IMG/VR virus record: IMGVR_UViG_3300014720_000001
Location: 140,622-204,621 of that record
DNA length: 64,000 nucleotides
Direction: 5' to 3' (one strand)
Each line of letters starts with the position of its first letter. Positions within the stretch are counted from its first letter, which is position 1. Shown one piece after another: positions 63,627 through 64,000 of this stretch. The notes under the pieces are model-generated. The model was not told the origin of the DNA. It saw only the letters and a program-made list of their open reading frames with translations, and did not search any database. Made by a program: the position numbers and the translations under genes.

Positions 63627-64000
63627 TGGTGTCGTCGGGTACAAGCTTGTCCAGTTCTTCTTTCTGTTGTCTGATTTGTTCTGCCACGTGTGCAGCATAC
63701 TGGTCAAGCATTCGCAACTGGCCGACAAGATCCTTGTGCACGTCGACGCTAAACATCGACAAGCGCCGAAGCAGCATGAGCAGGCTGGCGGTAAACGGCG
63801 GTTCTTTGCTGCGCAGACTAAGTAAACCGGGCGGAGCATTTTCTGGCTGCGACGACCAGAGTGGCACCAGCGCAATGCCGTGCAGCTCCGGTACGGCGGC
63901 GAGCACCGTGTTGCAGAACTCTTCGCCGCGTCGCATGAACTCGACGTCAAATGGTAGGCGGTCAGATTGAATTTCAGTTTGCTGATCAGTTTGCTGCGGC
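63610..64000 (-). CDS. partial hypothetical protein, start probably beyond the window
   Basis: Frame is open to the right edge (..QQTDQQTEIQSDRLPFDVEFMRRGEEF..). Confidence 0.65.
   Translation of the reverse strand, partial: PQQTDQQTEIQSDRLPFDVEFMRRGEEFCNTVLAAVPELHGIALVPLWSSQPENAPPGLLSLRSKEPPFTASLLMLLRRLSMFSVDVHKDLVGQLRMLDQYAAHVAEQIRQQKEELDKLVPDDTNAQQS

Noticed and set aside
1-64000. CRISPR, TIGR or 5-nt periodic (GGY-NN) guide arrays to accompany the RAMP/IS110-like genes
   Set aside because: I read the intergenic gaps and saw no tandem repeat-spacer structure. An array could lie outside the window or be too degenerate to see by eye.

Overview
A 64-kb segment of a large dsDNA tailed phage with essentially all genes on the minus strand. 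A Planctomycetota host is plausible but is inferred only from gene-family resemblance. The genes are transcribed right to left in three blocks. (1) About 34-64 kb is an accessory region of many small ORFs. It includes a dATP/dGTP diphosphohydrolase-like gene, a DUF1257/DUF2997/AAA/DUF3150 module, a DUF6745 pair, ParB-like and MazG-like genes, two tRNAs and an integron attC-like site. (2) About 14.5-34 kb is a replication/recombination operon: Mre11, Rad50, SF2 helicase, DnaB-like helicase, primase, UDG-fused family A polymerase, SSB and RecA. (3) About 0-14 kb holds RuvC, two glycosyltransferases, a probable portal, an HD-domain protein, thymidylate kinase and the start of a probable virion protein. 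The main observation is a tightly coupled gene pair between Rad50 and the SF2 helicase: a catalytically degenerate IS110/Nop (TIGR-Tas-like) protein at 29865-30800 and a stand-alone RAMP/Cas7-like protein at 29366-29863. I found no CRISPR or other guide array in the window, so this is a candidate undescribed RNA-guided module linked to replication. Several other apparent pseudoenzymes are present (HUH Rep-like, SpoT-HD-like, deoxyhypusine-synthase-like). All family assignments are by-eye motif recognition; no searches were run.
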